A DNA stretch of 64,000 nucleotides from a virus. A model generated the notes under the pieces. It saw only the letters and a list, made by a program, of their open reading frames with translations. It did not search any database and had not been told where the DNA came from. The translations under genes and the position numbers were made by a program. Positions 63,764 through 64,000 of this stretch are shown here, piece by piece. The stretch spans positions 12,616-76,615 of IMG/VR virus record IMGVR_UViG_3300036846_000738, one strand, 5' to 3'. The first letter of the stretch is position 1, and every line of letters starts with the position of its first letter.

Positions 63764-64000
63764 AGCGACAGGCGCCGGAGGACAACAGCCCGAAAAAAGA
63801 TGACGTGCGGGTCATGCTCAACGCGAAACAGGTTCTGTCCCTGATTGCGATCTCGCGCACGACACTGTTCCGGCTGGAGCGCGAAAAACTATTCCCGCAA
63901 GGTCAGGCGATCACACCGCATAGAAAACTGTGGTTCAAAGATGAAGTGATCGCTTGGCAGCGAGACTTGCAAGACGAAGACAGCGCGCTGTCGCAGAAAG
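63760..64000 (+). CDS. AlpA family regulator, runs off window end
   Basis: MLNAKQVL....ISRTTLFRLE....FP........KLW.KDEV.AWQ. Confidence 0.8.
   Translation, partial: MKRQAPEDNSPKKDDVRVMLNAKQVLSLIAISRTTLFRLEREKLFPQGQAITPHRKLWFKDEVIAWQRDLQDEDSALSQK

Noticed and set aside
1-64000. tRNA/rRNA genes, transposases, integrase
   Set aside because: None recognised by eye; tRNAscan-SE/Infernal would be needed to exclude small RNAs.

Overview
The whole window looks like one GC-rich tailed phage or prophage. A GcrA homologue and AlpA-type genes point to an alphaproteobacterial host and possibly a temperate lifestyle (inference). The minus strand carries an HK97-type head (HNH, TerS, TerL, protease-capsid fusion, portal), a Mu-type contractile tail and baseplate, fibres, an endolysin, and a replication/regulation block (primase-helicase, GcrA, VRR-NUC, MTase, NusG-like). 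The plus strand from ~58.9 kb carries recombination and AlpA/excisionase-like genes. The striking part is the ~18 kb between TerL and the capsid gene. (i) A plus-strand array of ~19 small genes is cut into cassettes by seven near-identical promoter/operator units (TTGACR-TATAGGCC-N5-GGCC-TA...). It ends in a small HTH gene with a degenerate copy of the same promoter, and further operator-like sites occur at 45.8 and 47.9 kb. (ii) Two enzyme-bearing proteins (GNAT-like and zeta-toxin kinase) share a LLQK/H..GGQF leader, suggesting capsid-packaged effectors. (iii) A second fibre module has a ~36 x 21-aa repeat protein plus methyl- and glycosyltransferase genes. All family calls are by eye from motifs and synteny; no searches were run.
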